A stretch of DNA of 62,550 nt from a virus (taxonomy: Duplodnaviria > Caudoviricetes), in the IMG/VR virus record IMGVR_UViG_3300049793_000080, positions 1-62,550 of that record, one strand, 5' to 3'. Both the position numbers and the translations under genes were made by a program. Numbering within the stretch: position 1 is the first letter of the stretch; the number at the start of each line of letters is the position of its first letter. The notes under the pieces were generated by a model. The model was given only the letters and a program-made list of their open reading frames with translations, did no database searches and had not been told where the DNA came from. Positions 47,901 to 53,069 of this stretch are shown here, in pieces.

Positions 47901-49232
47901 GACACCACTGGCGACCCGACCTTGGACGCGGCGATCAAGCGGCGCGTGGAGGACGGCACCATCGCGCCCCATGAAGTTCATCAACTCCTTGCGCAATCGC
48001 TGGGCAAGGCCGAACTGAAATCAGGCGACGGCACGCTCACCGGCGATGCGGCGGCACAGGCGAATAACGCGCTCGCGCGGCTGCAGCTCGGATGGGGAAA
48101 GTTCTTCTCGACCGCCGAGCTTTTCAATCGGCGCGTCACCTACGTGGCCGCCTACCGCCTCGCCAAAGAAAAGAAGATGGCCGACCCGGACGCCTTTGCC
48201 AAGAAGGCGGTGGACGAGAGCCAGGGCGTTTACAACAAGGGCAACAAGCCTGTATGGGCCCGCGGCGCGGTGGGCAGTGTCGCGATGACGTTCAAGCAGT
48301 ACAGCATCGCGTACTTGGAGTTCGTCGCGCGCATGTGGACCGCAGGAGAGCCGGGAAGCCCGGAGCGAGCGGCCGGTCAGCGCGCGGTGTACTTCGCTGC
48401 CGCCATGCTGCTGATGATGGGCGGCGCCGGCGGCCTGCCGTTTGAAGACGATGTGGCCGATGTGGTGGACGGCATCATGCAACGCCTGGGCTACAACTGG
48501 AACACGAAGCAAAAGCGCCAGGAGATGCTGGAGAAGGCATTCGGTCGCGGCTTCGGGCACGTGCTGGAGAAGGGTGTTTCTGGTCTGCCGGGCGTGCCGA
48601 TTGATGTCGCCGGCCGCTTCGGTATGGGCAACCTCATCCCCGCCACCGGGCTGCTGCAAAAGAAGGCCGATCACACCAGCGACGTTCTGGAAATCGGAGG
48701 CCCGGCCGCGAGCCTCGCCAAGCGATTCTTCCAGGCCAGCAACCTCGCGGCGGAAGGCCGAATCGTGGACGCCGGCTTGCTGGCCTCGCCGGTCGCCGCG
48801 TCCAACATCGCCAAGGCCATCGACATGGCATCGAGCGGTATCTACAAGGACAGTGCGGGCAAGAAGGTGATGGACGTCGACGGCTGGGATGCCATGTCGA
48901 AACTGATCGGGTTCCAGCCTTCTGCCGTGGCGCGCGTCCAAGATGCCGACCGATCCGCGCAGGTGATGGTGGAGCAGGTGAAGATGCGCGAACGGGAAAT
49001 CTCGCAGCAGTGGGCGCAGGCGCTTGCTGACGGGGATCGGGATGGTGCGACCAAGGCGCGCGAAGCCATCGCGGCGTGGAATGCCAAGAACGAGGACACC
49101 CCCATAAAAATCAAACTTGGAGATGTGCTGCGCCGCGCGAAAAACATGCGAATGGATCGCGCGACGCGCATCGAGAAAAGTGCGCCAAGCGAAGTTCGCG
49201 GAACCGTTCGGGAAATGCTGCGCGAACCGTAG
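35976..49232 (+). CDS. darB: DarB-like large polyvalent protein (4418 aa): N6-adenine MTase, SNF2-like helicase, zincin-like motif, PLxRFG region
   Basis: VLEPGAGVGNF (~40290), NPPF (40491), VGAGKT (42432), DEAH (42927), TGTP, QREGRIERQGN, HEVLGH (45696), PLSRFG (47190). Confidence 0.92.
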   Translation: MDITAARSLPELAGLDDDQIVDALHQAYYPDLPRDEVAKSLGIKPTAAPRPETTWGDRAKDTGISLLQGAVAVPQAAVGVADLVTGGAAGKLAEDVGFRPKEATDFLGERLSDAQKGANKEVQDAEGFWGTFKAAVSNPSVVFQSVVQSLPSMGAGGVVARGVLGASMTPRLLAKLSAMAPEAREAAILGMQTTAGAVGEGAVQAGSAAEQARTDNPLGTLDGKGALSAVASGVGDTIIARFSGRLANKLGIADADTMLAGAAVNPRAAKSVVKAALGGMVTEGLLEELPQSVQEQVWQNHAAGRPLDEGVNQAAVLGMLSGAAMGGGANLLNAARKPKPDDILNAPDVDAALQTAQDALLLPPPTISVTLGGTAVTPEQRADLVQQEITRRAAGMMGGEDVTDVQAKGTPPVEVPPTTPPSTPPAFPDPFSAAKPVDLDANEARMHRDADRDAQALKEHDPLTLPRKGLPELDAEYGKGEGDTIQKNGAPWPSEAAAMLSLKMAKKKGRAVPVAGGFIARPNKETPNAAPTPENKPDGARGAQPAAAAPATDAATAQRPDDQHGGLPAPDTGIAGGSAAAVATQPAPGGQVVGAGDAARTPGDGVLRPVNDAAVDGRDERPADGRASGPVSAPVAAGANDAGTTTGAAKTGSEQSLTEAGAQWTRMTEIERRAVAGRTAGKAKALDRIVSQKWEDLHSGWQKSLARVMNTPGAPIAPRETSAPTSHPTASAGPRVIINRLGPDGLTDAERAAGKPSYADKPAEVTSETARRGDFNVKNHLGKMERATVTEGGTRGRFAVKIGGESMGQFQMDDQGAVSRIEARANWAEDSVRDAAMQFVAQERAKTAPAAAEQPRDQDTGQFAEAPADTLPAGVRRREKGVANTKARIAAEAARAAYFTPGNVVRGYGGFDEVLAYNPPTEPGGAWSVRVHEVKEATPNNWVRVGRPQDARQHSTEPEERELRNGPRAQLSALPASEVPYTVPRADGKVHPDAEPRSNPRAAAEPAKIVTDKAEIRPYRRSDGSVGYEAVPIQPPAAPNDELIVQSIRPGSKPHVVKVEPAPAASTNKVFTDEMAAAARARLKAKLGRLNSLLDPQDMLDGITLAGYHVEKGARSFAAFAQAMLADLGEGVRAHLKSFYMGVKYSPAAAEFSKDMSSAAFVEEFDLSHIAAPSDTDTLETQPPAADTGANDGSSSPTLDVDRAGPGPLEGAPSGDVRAPAGERKTGDGTGRSSDGDQRGDARPDAAGGNVAGGVGAGAGTVPVSTGGAEQGKGPAKPRVPRTPRADGGPGLFDDAGGTGGVNPAPNAAPTPAPQFKPSEDFTIEDDLALGDGGEKTKFKNNVAAIRLLRELEAADRMATPDEQRTLAQYVGWGALSKAFDADRAEWAKEHAELKDLLSPEEFAAARQSTRYAHYTSRQIIQDGVYAALHHFGFTGGRVLEPGAGVGNFIGMMPADMRSAGRITAIEREPIAAGIAKNLYPLQNVQQADFTAFKGTDGYFDAVVGNPPFASDPQTDTSGRKHLGGLTLHNYFFAKSVDLMREGGILAQVVTNSFMDAAGDRARKYISDRTKLMGAIRLPNNAFSKNAGTEVTTDIIFLQKRPEAEWGNKATRQEAKAWLDVVKQTDRRNGGQYNLNQYFIDHPEMMLGDFGAHGTMYGPNQPALIARPGQDTLALLREAVQRLPGNVFVDRAVLGTDAAIENATKALTNPPVQEGGFYVEGDKLIQRVPDIAGEPRGREINAATQWTAKTPLGEAGYQKIRALTQMRTTLRGLLAAELSGDKDMDALRTTLGKQYDDYTKAHGLLGDPGTARVFDDDPDFPLLLSLEHEYRPGIGMAAAKRQGIKPTKSAAKKAPIFMRRVVDARKPVQKVETPADALAVSMAERGKLDTVYIGQLLGKDPQEVLKELSTGDKPQLFLDPATDEYALRDAYLSGNVRAKLEQAKQSGLSMNVRELEKVQPEDVGAHEISARIGSPWVPTSVYEDFAKELFGEGSTARVHYMALNSSYTISTSGTNEVNTTNKWGTPQYSGPELMSALLNNRTIRVMHPKVGDTPASLNVEATDMANTKAQEIRDRFQDWLFAEPERSELLVRTYNDTNNNYVTRNYDGSWMTFPGKVPNSVLPGDGGISFRRHQRNAIARIVQDRTALLDHVVGAGKTFTIVAAAMELRRTGLAKKPLVAVPNHLVKQWAADFYRLYPGANILTATKKDFEKVNRRRFLAKIATGDWDAVVIAHSSFGFIKPGAEFEAEFNERQVKMIMDTIAAVQDGDGEKAQKKRTVKQLEGMKERLQNRIKSLRDKAMDDLLDFEQLGVDQLFVDEAHMFKNLMFTTKMQGVSGLGDGSGSQRAYDMYVKSQEVLEKNGRGQGLVFATGTPVSNSLGEKYHMMRYLMPRQMEELGFQSFDAWANTFAAVQQVWMQKFSGDGYKPQNRMSDFVNVHELLKMFDQVADTVTLDDIKKAYKEENNGEEFPIPRVKTGRRQPVSLEKSAAQIAYMEHIAARAKILEARRGPPRKGDDNALVIMGDARKAAMDIRLISPAKLRKAIGYDVDGRDPGGRIDRSAQEIHQRYQQWNHVKGTQLVFADLGTPVEHAATELKEYEALMERINAATDDVRLRAELGAEDALVIVNDAEDAQADIDVKGQDWLDGIEAAQRGFSIYDDLKAALIERGMPEDHIAFIHDYGNDERKATLFRKVNAGDIRVLIGSTAKMGAGTNVQERIVAEHHLDVPWRPSDVEQREGRIERQGNSLLWTPQNPNGIKDFEVEILAYVTKDTLDMRMWQIQEVKLKMIHQLRTRQISRDIDNAFEDMEMSAGEMQAAATGNMDLLREIQARSDIKKLEQKKRSFDAQRSDLINRKKRAAEKLAQLPAQIKGAEVLAEGSREYRKALEDNAESFKVTIDGKDFTDRHLASAYLLDKIDGKIYVRTVEKDGKKLREEISAEQWAALPTGDERAFYDPKAAPLDLTMNGDLFTARAKLQEAWSNVAGDREPIVWEYQGKTFNRRTALAVAQRQAVADAVADEKEVDLGKVGPFAVTAEGQTGKWGKFLDVVMTYKGRKIEGDIGVPEGDVSTQLAERMASWASRKAEHAADDLQYLKGDLERAQKQKAELDAADDVGDVWPEQSKLEEARNRHKAILARLGGQKDAPPATGDEPAFGQGAATGGMSPALAQHAADTVASVWDNAPQIVALPSIARAPQKVQDDARRRMERGGGKPKAVFYDGTVYLFADALASPAEAVEYTYHEVLGHFGMHGHLGPELDKELKAVATLRKEDISAMYERTGKERSAAMDLRMAEEVVAYMAQTKPELSLVRRVIAAIKNFLRDHVPGFGSLNMSDADIIQKFVLPARQFVEGAPTDPNGGGEFDPAFGQARGLNSREIQVNGKWRPIETAGGELIAPTFHGQSEFWKKHADAFALDDKGRPKATPAEIKALMGDNPDDAMFAQGAPLNDPRALWGRAKQSLADMSSAPGTMHWWNKSIGTEYHLAQKYPAFKAVFDRVQDFINDSSLYANEAADLARTILPKLEGWRDVVPKLLGGSGKSPISAAFNRQIQAPINEGTLIWTRGEDGKPVRVDELEKAADKMSADQKAQAMLRAGKLPESVLKMWRGLPLDQYQQAVSTAYKNRMLTPGIVWTDAELREKFGLGAAQIALYREFRAAVDRSITQLAVSDLVRFVGQDGDFIRDQVLAAPDVMTAAKMLVQQIDQLIVDNPERQDVLNDTAAKVKLKADKAHELIQRGYAPLSRFGHYTITVRAKSDDGEPGEVLYFGMYESRPEAAKAARQLAAEEDFQGATLVRGTISHEQYKLFAGVNPDTIELFGEMLGLEGAGNAASDQAFQQFLKSARSNRSTMKRMIHRKGTAGFSEDVPRVLASFLYSNARQASRNLHSLEIDRMGNEIAQAEGELKDHAVKLIDYVKNPVQEAHQLRGLLFAQFLGGSIASAMVNMSQPFMMTLPYLSQFGAREAVSNFKWALLHGWKDTTGDPTLDAAIKRRVEDGTIAPHEVHQLLAQSLGKAELKSGDGTLTGDAAAQANNALARLQLGWGKFFSTAELFNRRVTYVAAYRLAKEKKMADPDAFAKKAVDESQGVYNKGNKPVWARGAVGSVAMTFKQYSIAYLEFVARMWTAGEPGSPERAAGQRAVYFAAAMLLMMGGAGGLPFEDDVADVVDGIMQRLGYNWNTKQKRQEMLEKAFGRGFGHVLEKGVSGLPGVPIDVAGRFGMGNLIPATGLLQKKADHTSDVLEIGGPAASLAKRFFQASNLAAEGRIVDAGLLASPVAASNIAKAIDMASSGIYKDSAGKKVMDVDGWDAMSKLIGFQPSAVARVQDADRSAQVMVEQVKMREREISQQWAQALADGDRDGATKAREAIAAWNAKNEDTPIKIKLGDVLRRAKNMRMDRATRIEKSAPSEVRGTVREMLREP
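37558..37947 (+). CDS. Candidate nested gene in the +1 frame of darB (129 aa)
   Basis: AAGGAG-N7-ATG; darB frame is low-complexity linker here. Confidence 0.45.
   Translation: MQRPPLKTSLTALAAHSLLQQHRPPTPPLPSDPTISMEDFLRPTRELQAAVRRLSRPSPRPAGKSWAQATLRAHLETVYYGQSMTRLWMEEMNGQPMAERVDPYPHPWQREQMTREQLLALQKPEVSNH
39550..39882 (+). CDS. Nested gene in the +1 frame of darB, TnpV-like (110 aa)
   Basis: GGAG-N6-ATG; ARGHWKEHLPGMYARLQESGKL...AWEQVREQYLFPPEE. Confidence 0.65.
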   Translation: MEAAAQHSTWIAQARGHWKEHLPGMYARLQESGKLETALAEAATATSEGMHALMQQGATWQEAWEQVREQYLFPPEEPSKEKAPPSQGYRVHRELMAGLGSLTMPGEREE

Positions 49233-49384
49233 AATGGACGAAGCCCCGGCGCACTGACATGCGGGCGGGGCCTCTTACCACCAACCTTAGAAGGGAAGGC
49301 CGATGGCTGACGCAATTCTACGCGCGCCGCTCACCTATGTGGCCGCCAAGCGCCTGCTGCACGCGGGCAATACGCTGTAGCCCG

Positions 49385-49454
49385 AAAAGAAAGCCGCCCG
49401 GTTACAACGCCGGGCGGCTTCAAAGGGGAGGGAGGATGTTGAAGGAGGCTGAGA
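49385..49454 (-). ncRNA. Candidate ~70-nt sRNA with anti-Shine-Dalgarno (CCUCC) tracts
   Basis: Minus-strand TTGTGC-N17-TAGGAT (49489-49461), CU-rich body, 11-bp perfect stem plus U tract. Confidence 0.6.
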
Positions 49455-49492
49455 GCGCCCATCCTACCGCTTGCGTCGCCCGAGCACAACGA

Positions 49493-49549
49493 GTAAACCC
49501 GGGATGAAACATTCTGTAGGAATTGACCGACTGCGACCGTAGAATCCCG
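49493..49549 (+). promoter_or_regulatory. Putative lysis promoter region
   Basis: TAGAAT-CCCG -10 element; shares GTAAACCCG, GTAGGA and CGACCGTAG with 13939-13975. Confidence 0.5.
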
Positions 49550-49598
49550 CCTACACCTGCTCAGCTTGACAGTGGGTGCCCACCAACAAAAAGGAACA

Positions 49599-49679
49599 AT
49601 GGGCATGTCGGCGGCCAGCATTTCTATCGCATCAGGGCTGTTTTTCGTCCTGCTCAGCGCCTTGCGGGGCTGCTCGTGA
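49599..49679 (+). CDS. 26-aa hydrophobic peptide coupled to the holin
   Basis: AAGGA RBS; MGMSAASISIASGLFFVLLSALRGCS; GTGA overlap with the holin start. Confidence 0.5.
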   Translation: MGMSAASISIASGLFFVLLSALRGCS

Positions 49680-50080
49680 AAGAGCCGGAGGCCACCGTCA
49701 CATTCACTGCCGTGGGCGGTGCTGCTGCCATCCTTGGGCCCGTTATCGGGCCCTTTGCGTTGGTGCTGTTCGCCGCTGTGATGGGGGGCATGCTGGCCAT
49801 GTCCAAGGAGCGCGGCAAGGACGATCTGCCAATGACGCGCCTGGAGGGCGTGCAGTTCGTTGCCGTGAGCGCCGGCGTGGCGATTGTGCTGAGCGGGTTT
49901 TGCGTGTGGCTGGTGGAGCGCTACACCGACATCCCCGGAAACATCGCGCTGATGCCGGTGGCCTTCTTTCTCTCGCTGGGCCGCGGCTTCATGCTCGGAT
50001 TGGTCGAGCGCATCGTGGGCGTCATCGGTGACGTGTTCGCGGCCTATGCCCAGCGCCGCACGGGGGGTGACGGCAAATGA
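49676..50080 (+). CDS. Putative holin
   Basis: About three hydrophobic segments and a charged C-terminus; in lysis cassette; start uncertain. Confidence 0.7.
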   Translation: MKEPEATVTFTAVGGAAAILGPVIGPFALVLFAAVMGGMLAMSKERGKDDLPMTRLEGVQFVAVSAGVAIVLSGFCVWLVERYTDIPGNIALMPVAFFLSLGRGFMLGLVERIVGVIGDVFAAYAQRRTGGDGK

Positions 50081-50412
50081 ACCTCTTGGTCCTGCAATTC
50101 GCCTTGGGCTGCGCGCTGTTCTATTCGTGCTTTTGCCGCCTGACCAAGACCAACGCGGACACCGTTCGCGAGATTCGCTGGGCCATTTTGCTGGAGGCGG
50201 TGGCCGCCGGACTGGTGGCTGGCGCGCCGCTGCTGCCGCTGATGGTGCCGCAGCTTCACGGCACATCGCCGCTGCAGTGGATGCCGTGGACCACGCCCTG
50301 GTGGATCTGGCTGGTGCTGCTGCTGGCCGCCACGCTGGTGCAGCTGGCCACCGCGCGCTACTGGCGCTTCAACGTGCCCGAGGACTTCCAGACAAGGGGA
50401 TTCCTGCCATGA
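50077..50412 (+). CDS. Second membrane protein (holin/antiholin partner)
   Basis: About three hydrophobic segments; ATGA overlaps. Confidence 0.65.
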   Translation: MNLLVLQFALGCALFYSCFCRLTKTNADTVREIRWAILLEAVAAGLVAGAPLLPLMVPQLHGTSPLQWMPWTTPWWIWLVLLLAATLVQLATARYWRFNVPEDFQTRGFLP

Positions 50413-51038
50413 GCCTGATCGAACGCGCAAGCGAAGACTGGGACCGGATCTTGACGTTGTGCGGCTGTCAGCCGCGCGAGGCTATCTCATGGTCGGGCGT
50501 CTTCGCTGAATACCTCGCCGGCGACGCGCTCAACATGGGTGAGGAGGAGCTGGACGACTTCCTGGGGCAAGTGCTGCACGAAAGCGGCATGCTGCGCGCG
50601 ACGGTCGAGAACCTGAACTATTCGGCCGAAGGGCTGATGCGCACGTGGCCCTCGCGCTTTCCCGATCTGGCCACGGCCAACCAGTACGCGCGCCACCCGG
50701 TGGAAATCGCCAATAAGGTGTACGGCGGCCGGCTGGGCAACTGCAAGCCGGGTGACGGATGGAAGTACCGCGGGCGCGGCCTGATCATGGTGACGGGGCT
50801 GGATGGCTACACGCACCTGGGCGCGCTCATGGGGCTGGATCTGGTGGACGAGCCGGAACTGCTCGAGCAGCCCGAACATGCGCTGCGCGCGGCCATCCTG
50901 TGGTGGGAGGGACGTGTTCCTGACGCCTTCATCAACGATCTGGTGAAGGTCACCCGGCGCGTCAACGGCGGCGACATCGGCATCAAGCACCGGGCCCAGG
51001 TGACGGCGGCGGCGGCCGGAGCATTGGCGGTCGCATGA
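50409..51038 (+). CDS. Endolysin, glycoside hydrolase family 19
   Basis: FLGQVLHESG, ENLNYS, DGWKYRGRGLIMVTG, VTRRVNGG. Confidence 0.92.
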   Translation: MSLIERASEDWDRILTLCGCQPREAISWSGVFAEYLAGDALNMGEEELDDFLGQVLHESGMLRATVENLNYSAEGLMRTWPSRFPDLATANQYARHPVEIANKVYGGRLGNCKPGDGWKYRGRGLIMVTGLDGYTHLGALMGLDLVDEPELLEQPEHALRAAILWWEGRVPDAFINDLVKVTRRVNGGDIGIKHRAQVTAAAAGALAVA

Positions 51039-51610
51039 ACGCCGTCCTCGACTGGTTCAGCCCCACGCGCATCATCATCGTGCTGGGGCTCGCGCTGGCC
51101 CTGCTGGCGTCCGTGCTGGGGTACGGCGAGGTGCGCTACAGCGCCGGCGAGAAGGCGGCCGAGCAGGTAGCCGAAGCCGCCATCCTGAAACTCAAGACGC
51201 AGGCCGCCATGGATCTGGCCACCGAAACGCGCAAGGTGCTGGCGCTCGAGCGGGCGCTGGCCAACGTCACGGCAAAACTGGAGGCCGACTATGAAAAACG
51301 CAGGATGGACAGCCGCGCGGCTGAAACGGCTCTGGCCGCTGATGCTGCTCGCAATGGCGGGCGGCTGCGCGACCCGAACGCCGGACGTGGGATCTGTGGT
51401 GGTGGCGCCCCAGGTGCAGCTGCCGCCGGTGCCGCAAGCAGTGCTGCGCCTGGAGCCGAAGCCCCCGGGCTTTTATCCGAACCTCTTACGCGACTACTTC
51501 AACGAGTCGCCAGCGAAGCCCAAGGATGGAATGACGCCTTCGCCCTCTGCAGGGCCCACGCCATCGAGGTGAACGGGATGATGAATTCGCCGTTGTCTCC
51601 CCACCCCTGA
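51035..51610 (+). CDS. Rz: Inner-membrane spanin
   Basis: N-terminal TM plus coiled coil, after the endolysin. Confidence 0.85.
   Translation: MNAVLDWFSPTRIIIVLGLALALLASVLGYGEVRYSAGEKAAEQVAEAAILKLKTQAAMDLATETRKVLALERALANVTAKLEADYEKRRMDSRAAETALAADAARNGGRLRDPNAGRGICGGGAPGAAAAGAASSAAPGAEAPGLLSEPLTRLLQRVASEAQGWNDAFALCRAHAIEVNGMMNSPLSPHP
51291..51572 (+). CDS. Rz1: Outer-membrane spanin lipoprotein embedded in Rz
   Basis: GGAGG RBS; lipobox LLAMAGG-C; Pro-rich; +1 frame. Confidence 0.8.
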   Translation: MKNAGWTAARLKRLWPLMLLAMAGGCATRTPDVGSVVVAPQVQLPPVPQAVLRLEPKPPGFYPNLLRDYFNESPAKPKDGMTPSPSAGPTPSR

Positions 51611-51677
51611 GCCGGAGGCCGCAAACCGTCCGGCGGGCCCTTATTGGATTGGGGGCCTTCTCCAGCAGGGGTTTCAT

Positions 51678-51710
51678 AGGGCCGCTCGGAGGCAACCGGG
51701 CGGCCCTTTT
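51678..51710. terminator. Terminator between the convergent arms
   Basis: AGGGCCGCTCGG-AGGCAA-CCGGGCGGCCCT-TTT. Confidence 0.7.
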
Positions 51711-51714
51711 CTCG

Positions 51715-51906
51715 TCAGCGGGCGGTGATGTGGATGCCGCGCTCGGCCAGCAGCTTGGCGCGGCCTTCGGGGCTGGCGATGCGATACAGCCAGTCCTGGC
51801 CCAACTCCTCGATGGCATCGATCACCCGCAGGTATTCGGCGGCGGTGACGTCTTGGTGCGCGCGTGCGGGTGGCTGCGCGGTGCGGGTGACTTCGAGAGT
51901 AAGCAT
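51715..51906 (-). CDS. Small independently promoted protein (63 aa)
   Basis: AAGGA RBS; own promoter. Confidence 0.7.
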   Translation of the reverse strand: MLTLEVTRTAQPPARAHQDVTAAEYLRVIDAIEELGQDWLYRIASPEGRAKLLAERGIHITAR

Positions 51907-51968
51907 GTTCGCGTCCTTTCCATGGTGCGGCCAACCTTGTAAGTGGCCGCTCACTTGCGGTGACGCGG

Positions 51969-51997
51969 AATGTAATATGGGAACTTTCAGCCGTCAA
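51969..51997 (-). promoter_or_regulatory. Sigma70-like promoter
   Basis: TTGACG-N17-TACATT on the minus strand. Confidence 0.65.
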
Positions 51998-51999
51998 GC

Positions 52000-52500
52000 T
52001 CAGGTATTGCCGCCGGATCGATCCCCCGGGGGTGCGGATGCAGATGGAGCGGCGCCGTCGATGAGGCTGGTGAACTTGGCCCACGTCAGGCACCAAGCGC
52101 ACGGCTTGCCCGCCTTCGCGCCGTTGTCCGAGTCCCAAATGCCGGGAACCTCGTGTCCGTGGCCGGGAGCGTTTCCCCCATCGTCCTCATCCATCTCGCG
52201 AAACACAGCCTCAAGAATCGCGCGATCCTCGGCCGAAAGCGAAATGGCCCGCGCATCGGGTGCTGCTGGTGCAGGCGTGGCGAGTGCGACGACTGCATTT
52301 AAGTCGGCAAGGCCCACGCGATCCAGCGCCAGCTTCGCGCGCCCGTCGATTTCGTTGTCCGGGTAGGCTCCCATGCGCAGCTCGTGGAGGAACGTCGCCA
52401 GAATCGCCAGCTTGTGCGAATCCTGCCGCGCCTCTGGTAGCGCTCCTACCTGACCAACTTTCAGCGTTGCATCTTCGGATTGGAGAGGTTGATAAGTCAT
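52000..52500 (-). CDS. Hypothetical protein (PGHGHEVPGIWDSDN...CAWCLTW)
   Basis: AGGAG RBS. Confidence 0.7.
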   Translation of the reverse strand: MTYQPLQSEDATLKVGQVGALPEARQDSHKLAILATFLHELRMGAYPDNEIDGRAKLALDRVGLADLNAVVALATPAPAAPDARAISLSAEDRAILEAVFREMDEDDGGNAPGHGHEVPGIWDSDNGAKAGKPCAWCLTWAKFTSLIDGAAPSASAPPGDRSGGNT

Positions 52501-52506
52501 GTCGGC

Positions 52507-52713
52507 TTACTCCTGTGGCTGTATGGTGGGCTGGGTAGATGCAAGGGCGGCGTGCCTCTGCACACACTTGGCGTCCTTGACGCGGATCCGAGCTGCGGTA
52601 AAGGACTTCATCGATTCGCATTCAGCGAGAGAAGCAATGCCCGGGATCGATCGCATTTCGCTCTGTCCAGATAGCAGCGATACCACCACGTAAAAAAGGG
52701 TGTATGAGGTCAC
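52507..52713 (-). CDS. Small hypothetical protein with hydrophobic N-terminus
   Basis: AAGGAG-N8-GTG. Confidence 0.55.
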   Translation of the reverse strand: MTSYTLFYVVVSLLSGQSEMRSIPGIASLAECESMKSFTAARIRVKDAKCVQRHAALASTQPTIQPQE

Positions 52714-52751
52714 GGTGTCGGCTCCTTCGGGGTCTGTAGGGAAATGGATTT

Positions 52752-53069
52752 CTAAGGAGCCGTTGGGTCCATGGTGACGAAGGTCATTTCCCACCATGGA
52801 CCAGTTAGCAGTTTGTTCTCGTTCACCGGATACACAAGTTTGAGAGCGGCCACTGGCAAGCCCCGCTCACACGCAACACCGAACGCCTTGAACCCCGCGG
52901 CCACGGGCCCGAAGAAGCGCACGGTAGGCTCCGCAAACGGGTGCCCCTCTCCGCCCTGACAGGATTCAAAGGTTTCTACGCCGCCTTCCTGCAAGGCAAG
53001 TACATAGGACCGTATGCCGGAGTCCAACGCCATATCCAGCCCAGCTTCAAATGATTCACGAGCTGTCAT
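52752..53069 (-). CDS. Hypothetical protein (GVETFESCQG motif)
   Basis: ATGA overlap. Confidence 0.7.
   Translation of the reverse strand: MTARESFEAGLDMALDSGIRSYVLALQEGGVETFESCQGGEGHPFAEPTVRFFGPVAAGFKAFGVACERGLPVAALKLVYPVNENKLLTGPWWEMTFVTMDPTAP

Noticed and set aside
49303-49380. 25-codon ORF as a type I toxin paired with the sRNA
   Set aside because: Not hydrophobic enough, no evident promoter, and no overlap with the sRNA body
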